Shown here in pieces: positions 30,242 to 39,478 of a stretch of 64,000 bases of DNA. Every line of letters starts with the position of its first letter. Within the stretch, counting starts at the first letter, position 1. The stretch covers positions 1-64,000 of the IMG/VR virus record IMGVR_UViG_3300020048_000015; one strand, written 5' to 3'. A model generated the notes under the pieces. That model made no database searches, had not been told where the DNA came from, and saw only the letters and a program-made list of their open reading frames with translations. The DNA is from a virus. Position numbers and translations under genes: made by a program.

Positions 30242-30247
30242 TATATA
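30237..30247 (+). promoter_or_regulatory. Putative late promoter TTTAATATATA (representative)
   Basis: Same motif at 30786, 36423, 41565, 51020, 56369, 58340 and 61952, each upstream of an N-tagged gene. Confidence 0.65.
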
Positions 30248-30251
30248 ATAT

Positions 30252-30782
30252 ATGAAATATTTAAAGTATTATAAATTGTTTGAATCGGTAGAAAATGTAA
30301 AAATATATGATAATATAGATGATATTAATGATTATGACTATTATCAAATACCATTTTCTTGGTTTAAAGAACACAAAGAATTTGGCGATGATTATAAAGT
30401 ATATCTATTTGATAATTTTATATATGATTACATAACTGACAATGATATATCAATTGAATTAGAAAATGATATTAGTGATGTTGATTTATCTAAAGGTTGG
30501 GAATCAATTACATCACATTCTAAAAATAATGAAAGCAATATACACACTAAAAGAATTGCTAAAATAGTAGAAGGTTTATTAAATAATAAACCACTTATAC
30601 CTATATCATTTTGGATATCAGAAATTGCTTATCAATATGATTGTTATAATTTCATAGAAGATGGGAATCATAGATTAAGAGCATTACAATATCTAAAATA
30701 TTCACACTTCCCAGCTTATGTTTATGGAAGCCACGAAAAATTTGTAATTGATGAATTGAAAAATGAACCTAATATTATTTGA
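30252..30782 (+). CDS. N-tagged ParB-like domain protein
   Basis: MKYLKYYKLFES; IEDGNHRLRAL. Confidence 0.75.
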   Translation: MKYLKYYKLFESVENVKIYDNIDDINDYDYYQIPFSWFKEHKEFGDDYKVYLFDNFIYDYITDNDISIELENDISDVDLSKGWESITSHSKNNESNIHTKRIAKIVEGLLNNKPLIPISFWISEIAYQYDCYNFIEDGNHRLRALQYLKYSHFPAYVYGSHEKFVIDELKNEPNII

Positions 30783-30811
30783 AAATTTAATATATAAATA
30801 AAAAGATAAAT

Positions 30812-31108
30812 ATGAAACACTTAATATTATTTGAAAATTTTGAAGAATCAAGTGAAATAACAATAACAAGGGTATATGCTGATGAAAGAAGACCTTTTAA
30901 TCACACAGATGACCCAAAATATGATGTTTATTATTGTAAAACAATAAATGGTGAAGTTTTTGAATTGGATGGGACTTTAAAACCATATTATACTGGAAGG
31001 ACAACAGAATATGAATTCGAACCAGGTGAATGTTCTGACCAAGACTATTTTGATGAAAATTGGGAAGAAATAGAAAAAGAAATACTCCATAAACTTTATG
31101 AAAATTAA
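30812..31108 (+). CDS. N-tagged hypothetical protein
   Basis: MKHLILFENFEE. Confidence 0.75.
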   Translation: MKHLILFENFEESSEITITRVYADERRPFNHTDDPKYDVYYCKTINGEVFELDGTLKPYYTGRTTEYEFEPGECSDQDYFDENWEEIEKEILHKLYEN

Positions 31109-31550
31109 AAAATTCGAAAACTTCAACTACAAAGATAAAATATTTGATTTATTAAAATCAAATGACATTAATAATACATTAACTGCAATTGAAATTGCAA
31201 AAGGTTTAAATATATTAAAAGATGTATTACAATTTATTTTAAATGATACTGTTGAATACATTAAAGCTGATGAAGAAGAAGATTTTGACGAATGTACATT
31301 ATATATAGATAAATTAAATATTATAAAATTTGAATATATAGAAGATAGTGATGAATATAAAATTTATATTGTTTCACATACGTCAAGTCTGTATTTTAGT
31401 GTAGATATGGATTACTATAACCATCTTTTATTGCCCATCCGCAAAATTCGCTTCCGCCATATTAAATTGTGCATTGAAGATAGATATGGAATAAAGGTAA
31501 AAATAGTTGAAATTGAAAATAGACACACTAAAATAGATTCAAATTGGTAA
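31098..31550 (+). CDS. N-tagged hypothetical protein
   Basis: MKIKKFENF. Confidence 0.7.
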   Translation: MKIKKFENFNYKDKIFDLLKSNDINNTLTAIEIAKGLNILKDVLQFILNDTVEYIKADEEEDFDECTLYIDKLNIIKFEYIEDSDEYKIYIVSHTSSLYFSVDMDYYNHLLLPIRKIRFRHIKLCIEDRYGIKVKIVEIENRHTKIDSNW

Positions 31551-31556
31551 AATAAA

Positions 31557-32036
31557 ATGAAACCTAATGATATAACATATAAATTTGGAGCTATATTATT
31601 AGCACTAATAACACCAATAATATTAATACTAGTTGAAGGTTATAATATTAGCATATCTGCATATTGGACAACTAATATGCAGCCTTTATTTATTTTCACT
31701 AATGCAGTAACTTCTTATTATTTATTTTCTTCACCTAAATGGAGAATCCCATCATCACTACTCTTACTATTAACTGCATTTTCCGTTGAAGAGTATCAAG
31801 TTATACATAACATATTAGCAATATCATTCTTTATTATATCTTGGGTTTGTATCTTAATTGATAAAAGATATAGATTTTATGCAATACCTTATCTATTATC
31901 ATTATATTGGTATAATGGGGTAAATGATATGCTTATAACTGAAATAATAGCTGTTTATGTTTTATGTTTATATCATTCTACAGAACTAATTCATTTTAAA
32001 TGGTTAGATTATAAAAGAAAAACAAGACTTAAATAA
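31557..32036 (+). CDS. Multi-TM membrane protein
   Basis: Several hydrophobic helices; SISAYW motif. Confidence 0.75.
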   Translation: MKPNDITYKFGAILLALITPIILILVEGYNISISAYWTTNMQPLFIFTNAVTSYYLFSSPKWRIPSSLLLLLTAFSVEEYQVIHNILAISFFIISWVCILIDKRYRFYAIPYLLSLYWYNGVNDMLITEIIAVYVLCLYHSTELIHFKWLDYKRKTRLK

Positions 32037-32292
32037 ACTTAATTACCTTTAAATGTAATTCACCAGTTCCTTTTATTATTCTATGATAAACACCTTTTGG
32101 AATGAATATATCACTATTTATATTAATTGGTAATTCATTATCAATTTGAAATAACCAATCAGATTCATAAATTGAAACTATTAATCTATCTTCCCTATCA
32201 CGATGCCAGAGCAAAAGATTTTCTGGTGTATCTTCACTAAAAGTTCTAATAAAAGCATCATTTACTTTTTCTTCTTTAAATGGTAGTATCAT
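32029..32292 (-). CDS. Small cupin-like phage protein
   Basis: WHRDREDR...IFIPKGVYHRIIKG. Confidence 0.75.
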   Translation of the reverse strand: MILPFKEEKVNDAFIRTFSEDTPENLLLWHRDREDRLIVSIYESDWLFQIDNELPININSDIFIPKGVYHRIIKGTGELHLKVIKFI

Positions 32293-32297
32293 ATATT

Positions 32298-32747
32298 TTA
32301 AATATTATTTTTCCAAATAGGCATCACATCTACATTTGAAGGAACTTTATAATCTTTTGAATATATTTGAATTTCCGGAATAATGTATTCGGATTTAATA
32401 GAATGTTTAGTTCTACTTTTTAAATTTTCTATACAAGCATTTGGATTATTTTCAAACCATATTTCTTCCAAAATATAGTCTTTATGTTCGTATAATTTAT
32501 TTATTAATTTATTATAAAACCCATTAAATTTCAAATACTCTTCAAAATATGGGGAAGTTAAAATTATATCTGAACCAGCATTTAAAAGACTATCAATTTT
32601 ATCAAATGATGCAATATCATCTAATATTTCATATTGGTTATCAATATTCATAATTTTAGCAAGATGGCTTTTTCCTGATCCAGGAAGTCCATGAATCCAA
32701 ATAAAATGTTTATCAGAAAAGTCTTCAAAAAGTCTTAAATATTTCAT
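32298..32747 (-). CDS. N-tagged P-loop kinase-like protein
   Basis: MKYLRLFEDF; Walker A GLPGSGKS. Confidence 0.75.
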   Translation of the reverse strand: MKYLRLFEDFSDKHFIWIHGLPGSGKSHLAKIMNIDNQYEILDDIASFDKIDSLLNAGSDIILTSPYFEEYLKFNGFYNKLINKLYEHKDYILEEIWFENNPNACIENLKSRTKHSIKSEYIIPEIQIYSKDYKVPSNVDVMPIWKNNI

Positions 32748-32789
32748 TATTTTATTTTTCTGTGTATTTTTTTATTATAAATTTATTAA

Positions 32790-33368
32790 TCACCAATATC
32801 CAGGATATGTCTTTCCGGAAAATAAGTGACCAAATTTAGTTAGTCTACATGACCAATATGAAGCAGTGAGCTTATCAGATGGTTTCCATGACCTATCACA
32901 TTTGTGCCTTGCTGAAAATGCCTTTCTTGCTTTAGGATTACTTATTTTAGCAGTTAACCCACCTTTAACATCACCAAAGTTAACACATTTTATATTGCCT
33001 GTTTTTGGATTCTTTACGTAGACTTTATATTTCTTTGGCCCGGAACTACGCATTGGATGGTTTAAGTCAACTTCTTTTCCTTTATATTCAGCTTCATTTA
33101 ATTCATAAATATTTTCTAATGGTAAATCTAATGGAACTAATTCACCCTCAAATAAATCAAATTTACCAATATCACTTGATTCATATAATTCTTTATCCAA
33201 CTCACACAAATTTATTTTACCCAATTCAAATAATTCCCTACCTTCTTTTATAATATCAAAAAATGCTTTGGATCCAGGTCTATAAACATTTTCAGTTATT
33301 GGTTTATCATTTTGGAGATGATATTTAATAGATTCAGAATATTCATTAAAAAATTGTATATATTTCAT
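32790..33368 (-). CDS. N-tagged conserved phage protein
   Basis: Start MKYIQFFNEY; AEYKGKEVDLNHP...VNFGD...ARHKC...SYWSC. Confidence 0.75.
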   Translation of the reverse strand: MKYIQFFNEYSESIKYHLQNDKPITENVYRPGSKAFFDIIKEGRELFELGKINLCELDKELYESSDIGKFDLFEGELVPLDLPLENIYELNEAEYKGKEVDLNHPMRSSGPKKYKVYVKNPKTGNIKCVNFGDVKGGLTAKISNPKARKAFSARHKCDRSWKPSDKLTASYWSCRLTKFGHLFSGKTYPGYW

Positions 33369-33373
33369 AAATA

Positions 33374-33419
33374 AAAAAAGAGATTTCATTTATATATTAA
33401 TAAATGAAATCTCTTTTTT
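33374..33419 (-). terminator. 19-bp-arm hairpin whose loop carries the late-promoter motif
   Basis: Arms 33374-33392 and 33401-33419; TTAATATATA on the minus strand at 33391-33400. Confidence 0.65.
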
Positions 33420-33420
33420 A

Positions 33421-33720
33421 CTACAAATCAACATAAATATAAATGATTTTACCTTTATCATTTATAAACCTTTTATACTTTATTTTACCATTCATATAAT
33501 CAACTTGACCCTTTTTATAAGCTTCTTGATATATAGAATCAATATTTACTGGTTTATTATCTACAATGGTATTCTTAATTGAATTATAATCAAAAATATA
33601 TAAACCAACCACACCTATTATAACACCAATTAAACTAAAATATGTTGGTTTTATATCACCAGCCAAAGCATTTATAAAAAATGATATAGTAGATATTAAA
33701 ATTATAAAAATAAAAATCAT
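33421..33720 (-). CDS. Membrane protein
   Basis: Two TM helices, then YQEAYKKGQVDY. Confidence 0.7.
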   Translation of the reverse strand: MIFIFIILISTISFFINALAGDIKPTYFSLIGVIIGVVGLYIFDYNSIKNTIVDNKPVNIDSIYQEAYKKGQVDYMNGKIKYKRFINDKGKIIYIYVDL

Positions 33721-33722
33721 AT

Positions 33723-34151
33723 CTATTTAATTGCAAATTTAGATTTTATCTGATCAAGTGAATGAACAATCTGACTCATTATTTGGTCTTCAAATTCTTG
33801 TCTGATTATTTCAACCTTACCATCATACATTTTTATCAAACGTTCCCAATTTCTATCAGAAACAACAACATCATAATGATATACGTGATTCGTTATACTA
33901 AGCTTGTGGTTTTGAATAACCACAAACAAATCAAGTGTATCATTTTTAATATACCTTTTACCAGAAACAGGTGCTATAAGAAATTCAGAATCCGGATGTG
34001 TAATCATTGATCTTGTGATAGACATACAAATCTTCTGTGTCCTTGAAATTTCAACTTCTTCAAGGGATGAATTTCTTTGATTTAAATTTCGGTATTTAAC
34101 ATATAGTCTTTTAGACCATCTTTTAAAGAAAGATTTTATTCTTTTAAACAT
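33723..34151 (-). CDS. Hypothetical protein
   Basis: ORF 33723..34235; likely start MFKRIK. Confidence 0.65.
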   Translation of the reverse strand: MFKRIKSFFKRWSKRLYVKYRNLNQRNSSLEEVEISRTQKICMSITRSMITHPDSEFLIAPVSGKRYIKNDTLDLFVVIQNHKLSITNHVYHYDVVVSDRNWERLIKMYDGKVEIIRQEFEDQIMSQIVHSLDQIKSKFAIK

Positions 34152-34305
34152 ATTAATTTTTAAATTTTTGGGTAAAATTATTTTATATCTTCTTTTAATA
34201 TTTGTTGACAGTATGAAATAAATCTTTACGTTCAATTGGAACGTTTTTATCCCATTTTATATGTGCTTTTATAGCAATATCCAATGCTTCTGTAATAGAA
34301 AAAAA

Positions 34306-34620
34306 TTAATATGTGTCCACTTTATATAGTTTTACATTTTTCATTTCTTCTGACAATATATAATTAATTTCTCCGACAATATTAGATTTTGGATCCTTGC
34401 CACCAGAACGTAATTTTATAGAATCATCAAATGTTACATAAACACCTATTTTATTCCCAGAATCATGTCCACTTTCATCCTCTACTATTACACAATCTTT
34501 ACCATAGTGAAATTTTAAAGCATTCACAGCATCTAAAACTTCATCTATACTATTGCCTATTAGTTCATATTTACTTTGTAAGTAATTTTCAAATAAATTA
34601 ATGTGTTTTAACTTTTTCAT
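34306..34620 (-). CDS. N-tagged hypothetical protein
   Basis: MKKLKHINLFENY. Confidence 0.7.
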   Translation of the reverse strand: MKKLKHINLFENYLQSKYELIGNSIDEVLDAVNALKFHYGKDCVIVEDESGHDSGNKIGVYVTFDDSIKLRSGGKDPKSNIVGEINYILSEEMKNVKLYKVDTY

Positions 34621-34657
34621 AATATGTTTATTTAAATTTTAGGGTAAAATTTTAATA

Positions 34658-35338
34658 CTAAGCAAAAAGCATATATTCAGCAGTTTCTTTCCAAGATGCA
34701 GGGAAAGCTTTGATGATTTTAGAAACCATAATCAAAGTTCTGATATTAAGATTTGCGCTATCTTTATTTTCAGAAAGAAAAGACAAAGCATCTTTTTTGA
34801 TTTTCATATCAAAATCAGGCAGAATCTTTTCAAGAACAAATTTCATTCTATCAATTTTTTCGTCACCACTCATCGTAAGATCAACAGTCAAACTTCTTGA
34901 CAAAATAGCTGCATCAATTTTATTTTTACTTTTGTTGGAAATAAAAATGATACGACCAGTAAAGTCAAACTGTTGTGGGTATTGATCACTTTTAGTCATT
35001 TTTGCCATCCAAGAAATAGTTCTTTTTTCATAAGAATCCAATGCTGACTTAAGAATGTTAAGTGCAACCTTATCTTCCAAGATGGAATCACAGTCATCAA
35101 ATATAATCAATTTACCATTGTTTTCATATAGAGTGTTATACAAACCACGAGCAGTTGAATACCCTTTGAAGAAGATATAATCATCTGATGTCATATCATT
35201 GTCTTCAATTGTGCTTGTAACTGATTGTGTTTTACCCATTCCTGGATCACCAGTAACCAAAAGAGATGGTGTAAGGTTAGCAACAACCATTGTAGTCAAG
35301 TTATTAAGAATGTCAAATTTTTGATTGATATTAAACAT
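34658..35338 (-). CDS. AAA-family ATPase
   Basis: GDPGMGKT, IIFDDCD, IIFISN. Confidence 0.85.
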   Translation of the reverse strand: MFNINQKFDILNNLTTMVVANLTPSLLVTGDPGMGKTQSVTSTIEDNDMTSDDYIFFKGYSTARGLYNTLYENNGKLIIFDDCDSILEDKVALNILKSALDSYEKRTISWMAKMTKSDQYPQQFDFTGRIIFISNKSKNKIDAAILSRSLTVDLTMSGDEKIDRMKFVLEKILPDFDMKIKKDALSFLSENKDSANLNIRTLIMVSKIIKAFPASWKETAEYMLFA

Positions 35339-35365
35339 AGTGTTTAGTTTTTAGTGGTGATTGAT

Positions 35366-35497
35366 TTGTTGATACAAAGATAAGAACTATATTTCATAAA
35401 AACAAATTTATTTTTGAATATATTAAAAATAAAATATAGTTCTTATCCCTTGTTGTTGATACAAAGATAAGAACTATATTTCATAAAAACAAATTTA
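35366..35497 (-). promoter_or_regulatory. Duplicated 45-bp Bacteroidota-type promoter
   Basis: Identical copies at 35366-35410 and 35453-35497; minus strand reads TTTG-N20-TATCTTTG. Confidence 0.75.
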
Positions 35498-35530
35498 TAG
35501 TCATTTTTTAATAAAATTAATACTAACAGA

Positions 35531-36322
35531 CTAATTATAGTCTACCCAATTTTCAAAGGCATTCATAAAATATGACATATCAAAATCCTTTAATTCTTCC
35601 TGACAATTTTTAAAAACACCGGATTTACAGAAATAATTTAATGACTTTGTTATATTAATAGCATCTTCAACATTCATATGTTGTGATAAGCCTAATGTTT
35701 TGTTGTTTAATTTATCGTTTAACTCATTTCTCAACAAATTTATTTTAACTTCATATTCACTTACAACTTCCTTACTAAAGAATAAATCTTTCATAATAAA
35801 AATCAATTCGTTATTAATTAATCTAAAATTAAATTTCTTATTAATCATATCAAGTGAATAAAGAAATCCCCTTATTATATGCCCTAATCTTTTCTTTTTT
35901 AATTCATCAGATGCTTTTGATAAGTGTTTTAAATCTCTTTTAGCCAATCCTAAATAACTTCTTATTACAGTATATGTAATAAAACTATCTTTATAAGATG
36001 ATAACCATTCTAAATTTGTATCAATCAATGAATCAGATTGAATAACTTCAAAATTTATAGTTGAATCACCATTTATAGTATTTCTTATAAAAGTGTGCAA
36101 AGAAACAAAATTATGATCAACACCATCTTCTTTATATTGTAATTGGTGATTACTTACAATAGCTGATGTCAATTCGTTTTCTGATGTTGCATAGATATAA
36201 AGAAAATCTTTATCAGACTTTTCATTGTTTGTACCATACATATGACTACCAACCAATACTTTAGCAATGGTCGCTCTTTTTAACTTATCAAATAAGTCCT
36301 TATCATCAAAATGTATATTCAT
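35531..36322 (-). CDS. Nucleotidyltransferase (RlaP/Nuc-transf-like)
   Basis: LVGSHMYGTNNEKSDKDF; RSYLGLA. Confidence 0.8.
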   Translation of the reverse strand: MNIHFDDKDLFDKLKRATIAKVLVGSHMYGTNNEKSDKDFLYIYATSENELTSAIVSNHQLQYKEDGVDHNFVSLHTFIRNTINGDSTINFEVIQSDSLIDTNLEWLSSYKDSFITYTVIRSYLGLAKRDLKHLSKASDELKKKRLGHIIRGFLYSLDMINKKFNFRLINNELIFIMKDLFFSKEVVSEYEVKINLLRNELNDKLNNKTLGLSQHMNVEDAINITKSLNYFCKSGVFKNCQEELKDFDMSYFMNAFENWVDYN

Positions 36323-36453
36323 AATATTATTTTATTTGCCTTATTGAATGTTTGTGTATTTTTTAAAATACTTTTTTAAAAAAATAATCTTTATCTTATA
36401 TATCAAAAAATAAAATATTTTTTTTAATATATAATAAAAAAAGAATATTTATT

Positions 36454-36759
36454 ATGAAATTTATTAGAACCTTTGAAAGTTACGAACTTAATTCCACTTG
36501 TCCATCAAGAGAAGAAATGATTTCTCACCTATATGTATGTGGTTACAACGAATCTGAGTGTGGTGAAATGTCTATGGATGAGCTTGAAATGCACTATAAT
36601 AAAGAGGTTGGTGGAATGACATATGAAGCTAGAAAAAATAAAAAAGTAGCGAAAAAAGCAAGACCAGATTTTTTAGACTTAGATAAAGATGGTAACAAAA
36701 AAGAATCTATGAAAAAAGCAAGCAAAGATTCAAAAGAAGTCCAGGGGAGAAAAAAATAA
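36454..36759 (+). CDS. N-tagged protein with PDFLDLDKDG motif
   Basis: MKFIRTFESY; KKARPDFLDLDKDGNKKESMKKA. Confidence 0.75.
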   Translation: MKFIRTFESYELNSTCPSREEMISHLYVCGYNESECGEMSMDELEMHYNKEVGGMTYEARKNKKVAKKARPDFLDLDKDGNKKESMKKASKDSKEVQGRKK

Positions 36760-36790
36760 GACTTTAATTTATATATAAAAATAAAAAAAT

Positions 36791-37228
36791 ATGAGAAAAT
36801 TTAAATATATTAAATCATTTTTGGAATCAAGCCGAAGAACAGATATAGGTCGCCAAATCGAGCCTTCAACATTTAATGACATATATGATAGTCTTAAAGG
36901 TGAAGCATATTTTAAATTTGAAAATTATGAAACTTGGTCAACAGCATATCAAGATGATATAATTGAAGATGATGCAACTAATAGAATATTAGATAAATTA
37001 ACACCATCTGAGACATTTAATTCGTATGAAGAATGGAAAAATTCAAAGTGGTATAAACTAACAGAATTTCCGTTTTCCGAAAAAGATTGGACAATGGCTA
37101 GTGTAGATGACCAGAAACCTATAAAGTGGCAATCAACTGGTCATAAGTTACAAGCAGAGTTAATTTTTAATAGTTATTTAAAAAAATTCGGAAAATTTAT
37201 AGTTGTAGATTTAACTGATAAGGTATAA
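36791..37228 (+). CDS. N-tagged hypothetical protein
   Basis: MRKFKYIKSFLES. Confidence 0.7.
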   Translation: MRKFKYIKSFLESSRRTDIGRQIEPSTFNDIYDSLKGEAYFKFENYETWSTAYQDDIIEDDATNRILDKLTPSETFNSYEEWKNSKWYKLTEFPFSEKDWTMASVDDQKPIKWQSTGHKLQAELIFNSYLKKFGKFIVVDLTDKV

Positions 37229-37231
37229 TTC

Positions 37232-37481
37232 TAAAGCTGATGATAAAAAAAATCAATCTCAAGCGCAAGGTAAACTAAGCGATGGTCAAAAAAAACTTCC
37301 ACCTGCTTTACAAAAAGCTATTATGGTTAATAAAAAATAAGATTCGTCAGAAAGGAATTTTTTAATGTTGATCAAAGTATACACCATCTAGAAACCACAC
37401 CTTTACGTTCTGATAAGAATTCAAAGTCATATAAGTCTGATAAAGAAAATCTTTATCAGACTTTTCATTGTTTGTACCATA
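37232..37481. other. Non-coding patchwork of gene fragments
   Basis: Orphan tail KLSDGQKKLPPALQKAI; a deleted copy of 38455-38537; an exact 42-bp copy of 36197-36238. Confidence 0.75.
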
Positions 37482-37506
37482 TATTATTAATTTAATTTAT
37501 TAAATA

Positions 37507-37767
37507 TTACTTACTTTCTTTTATAAAAAAAATACCTTCTTTAAATCCTAAACTGGACTTTTCGTGGAATTCATATGTTTCAGGAAATTCATCAGAACGC
37601 ATTGGTCTTGTTAGATACCAAATTTCAGTTTCTTTCCAAGTTATATTTACCAATTTTTTACCTTTAGGCAATTCAAATGTTGCTGTTCCACCAAAATTCT
37701 TAACACGATCATTTTCATTACATGACATAAAAACAGTTAAGAGTAATAAAATAAATAATCTTTTCAT
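37507..37767 (-). CDS. Putative lipoprotein
   Basis: Signal ...VFMS-C; KNFGGT...KLVNITWK..IWYLTRPM. Confidence 0.75.
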   Translation of the reverse strand: MKRLFILLLLTVFMSCNENDRVKNFGGTATFELPKGKKLVNITWKETEIWYLTRPMRSDEFPETYEFHEKSSLGFKEGIFFIKESK

Positions 37768-37774
37768 ATTTTTT

Positions 37775-38044
37775 TTAGTTTTTTATAAAACAAGAAAACC
37801 TACCATTTACGTAGTCTTTGAACCATTTTTCTAAACTTGAAATTTTTTTCAAAAAATTTTCAAGTTTTTCTAAATCAAAGTTCAATTCAATATCATCCAA
37901 TAAAGCGTTAAAATAAGCTCTATCACTTAGAGAAAGTTTTTCTTCTTTAGAAGTTGATTTTATCAAAAAATCAATCTTTGATTGATTTTTTTTAAAAAAT
38001 TTAGTTCGTTCTTCAATTGAACGACAAGATATAGTTTTTTTCAT
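37775..38044 (-). CDS. Hypothetical protein
   Basis: ORF. Confidence 0.6.
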   Translation of the reverse strand: MKKTISCRSIEERTKFFKKNQSKIDFLIKSTSKEEKLSLSDRAYFNALLDDIELNFDLEKLENFLKKISSLEKWFKDYVNGRFSCFIKN

Positions 38045-38056
38045 TTATTAAATTTT

Positions 38057-38338
38057 TTAATATTCATCACAAAATCTATCACCATCAAGTTCTTCAAATA
38101 AGTTCTTGGCATTTTCGCATAAAACTTCAATAACTTCTTCATTTTCAGATAAAAATAGTTCAATATCACTATTTTCAGATTCAGTAAAATCAGATTTGTT
38201 CCAATCTATATCACCACAGTGAACGAATTTACCTTTAGATGCACCGGATTCTACCAATGAAAAATCCATAGCATTTGCTATAAATTCTACAAACAATGTT
38301 TCAACAGTATTTTTTATGGAAAATTTTGCAGTTATCAT
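38057..38338 (-). CDS. Acidic hypothetical protein
   Basis: ORF behind the 37-bp element. Confidence 0.65.
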   Translation of the reverse strand: MITAKFSIKNTVETLFVEFIANAMDFSLVESGASKGKFVHCGDIDWNKSDFTESENSDIELFLSENEEVIEVLCENAKNLFEELDGDRFCDEY

Positions 38339-38364
38339 AGTTATAGTTGGTTTAGATAAGTTAT

Positions 38365-38401
38365 ATATGTATAACCAATATTATTGGCAGAAAGTTCAAA
38401 A
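38365..38401 (-). promoter_or_regulatory. 37-bp repeated promoter/operator element, copy 1
   Basis: ATATGTATAACCAATATTATTGGCAGAAAGTTCAAAA on +. Confidence 0.7.
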
Positions 38402-38406
38402 AACTA

Positions 38407-38694
38407 TTATAATTTTGTATATAATCCGGTCACACTTGTGAAAACTTCTTGTAATTGATCAAAGTATACACCTTCTACCAAACGTTTTGTAGAAATCACC
38501 CCTTTACGTTCTGATAAGAATTCAAGGTCATATAAATCATTACAATTTAGAGTAATTTTCAACCATTTTGCACCAACAACATTTCTCCTTAGAGTCATTC
38601 TAAGCCAATTTTCGTGTTTTACAAATGTATGACTTCCTGTCATTGCGATAAATTTATTACCACCCAATTGCTGCAATATAGTTTGTGCTATCAT
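38407..38694 (-). CDS. Conserved phage hypothetical protein
   Basis: MIAQTILQQLGGNKFIAMTG...DLYDLEF. Confidence 0.75.
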   Translation of the reverse strand: MIAQTILQQLGGNKFIAMTGSHTFVKHENWLRMTLRRNVVGAKWLKITLNCNDLYDLEFLSERKGVISTKRLVEGVYFDQLQEVFTSVTGLYTKL

Positions 38695-38710
38695 TTTTTT
38701 ATGATTTTAT

Positions 38711-38747
38711 ATATGTATAACCAATCTTATTGGCAGAAAGTTCAAAA
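38711..38747 (-). promoter_or_regulatory. 37-bp element, copy 2
   Basis: 1 mismatch to copy 1. Confidence 0.7.
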
Positions 38748-38754
38748 AAAAAAA

Positions 38755-39201
38755 TTAATAACCATCATTATAATTTAAATCATATGTAATGTAATTCCAC
38801 ATATTTTCTTTAATATAAATTTCAACTTTTCCCTTAAAAGTTTTTTCAAGATTAGCTTTTAATTCATTTACTAAATGTCCACCACGTCCAATAAAAATAC
38901 CTGGTCGGTTCAAAACCATTGTAACATTTACAACATCGCCTTCTTTTAAAGCTGATACAAAAATAATATCTTTACAAGAAACACCACCTAATTTTTTTGA
39001 ATAAAATGTAGCAACATCATATGACGCTTTTATATTCAAAGAATTATATTCATTATCAGGAAACAAATTATCCAACTTAGATAAATCCTCCAATAATTCT
39101 TCTGTAACAGAAGGTAAAAAATTTAATTCTTTTGACTTATTTAAATAAAGCGAAAGTCTTTCTTTTAAAGACCGAACAAAATTATAATCCTGCTTATTCA
39201 T
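38755..39201 (-). CDS. KH type-II domain protein resembling the ribosomal protein S3 N-domain
   Basis: RPGIFIGRGGHLVNELK...KVEIYIKE (GxxG loop). Confidence 0.75.
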   Translation of the reverse strand: MNKQDYNFVRSLKERLSLYLNKSKELNFLPSVTEELLEDLSKLDNLFPDNEYNSLNIKASYDVATFYSKKLGGVSCKDIIFVSALKEGDVVNVTMVLNRPGIFIGRGGHLVNELKANLEKTFKGKVEIYIKENMWNYITYDLNYNDGY

Positions 39202-39222
39202 TTTTATCTATTTATTTTATGA

Positions 39223-39384
39223 TTAATTATATTTTGCTTTTCTATTGTAAGTTTTTGAACTTTTATGGACTTTATTAACAGAAGCGAATCCATGTGGATT
39301 CTTTTCAAGATAAACTTCTCTTGCACCACTTCCGCAAGCATCAACTAATATTTGTGTTTTAGACTTCTTATTGAAAGTTTTCAT
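39223..39384 (-). CDS. 53-aa basic protein (not in ORF track)
   Basis: MKTFNKKS...HGFASVNKVHKSSKTYNRKAKYN; directly behind element copy 3. Confidence 0.6.
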   Translation of the reverse strand: MKTFNKKSKTQILVDACGSGAREVYLEKNPHGFASVNKVHKSSKTYNRKAKYN

Positions 39385-39408
39385 AGTATTTGTATGTTTG
39401 AATGTTAT

Positions 39409-39445
39409 ATAGGTATAACCAATCTTGTTGGCTGAAAGTTCAAAA
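39409..39445 (-). promoter_or_regulatory. 37-bp element, copy 3
   Basis: 3 mismatches to copy 2. Confidence 0.7.
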
Positions 39446-39478
39446 GAAGAATAGAATTTTTAAAAATTCTATTCTTCT
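39445..39478. terminator. 34-bp perfect palindrome at a gene end
   Basis: AGAAGAATAGAATTTTT/AAAAATTCTATTCTTCT. Confidence 0.65.
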
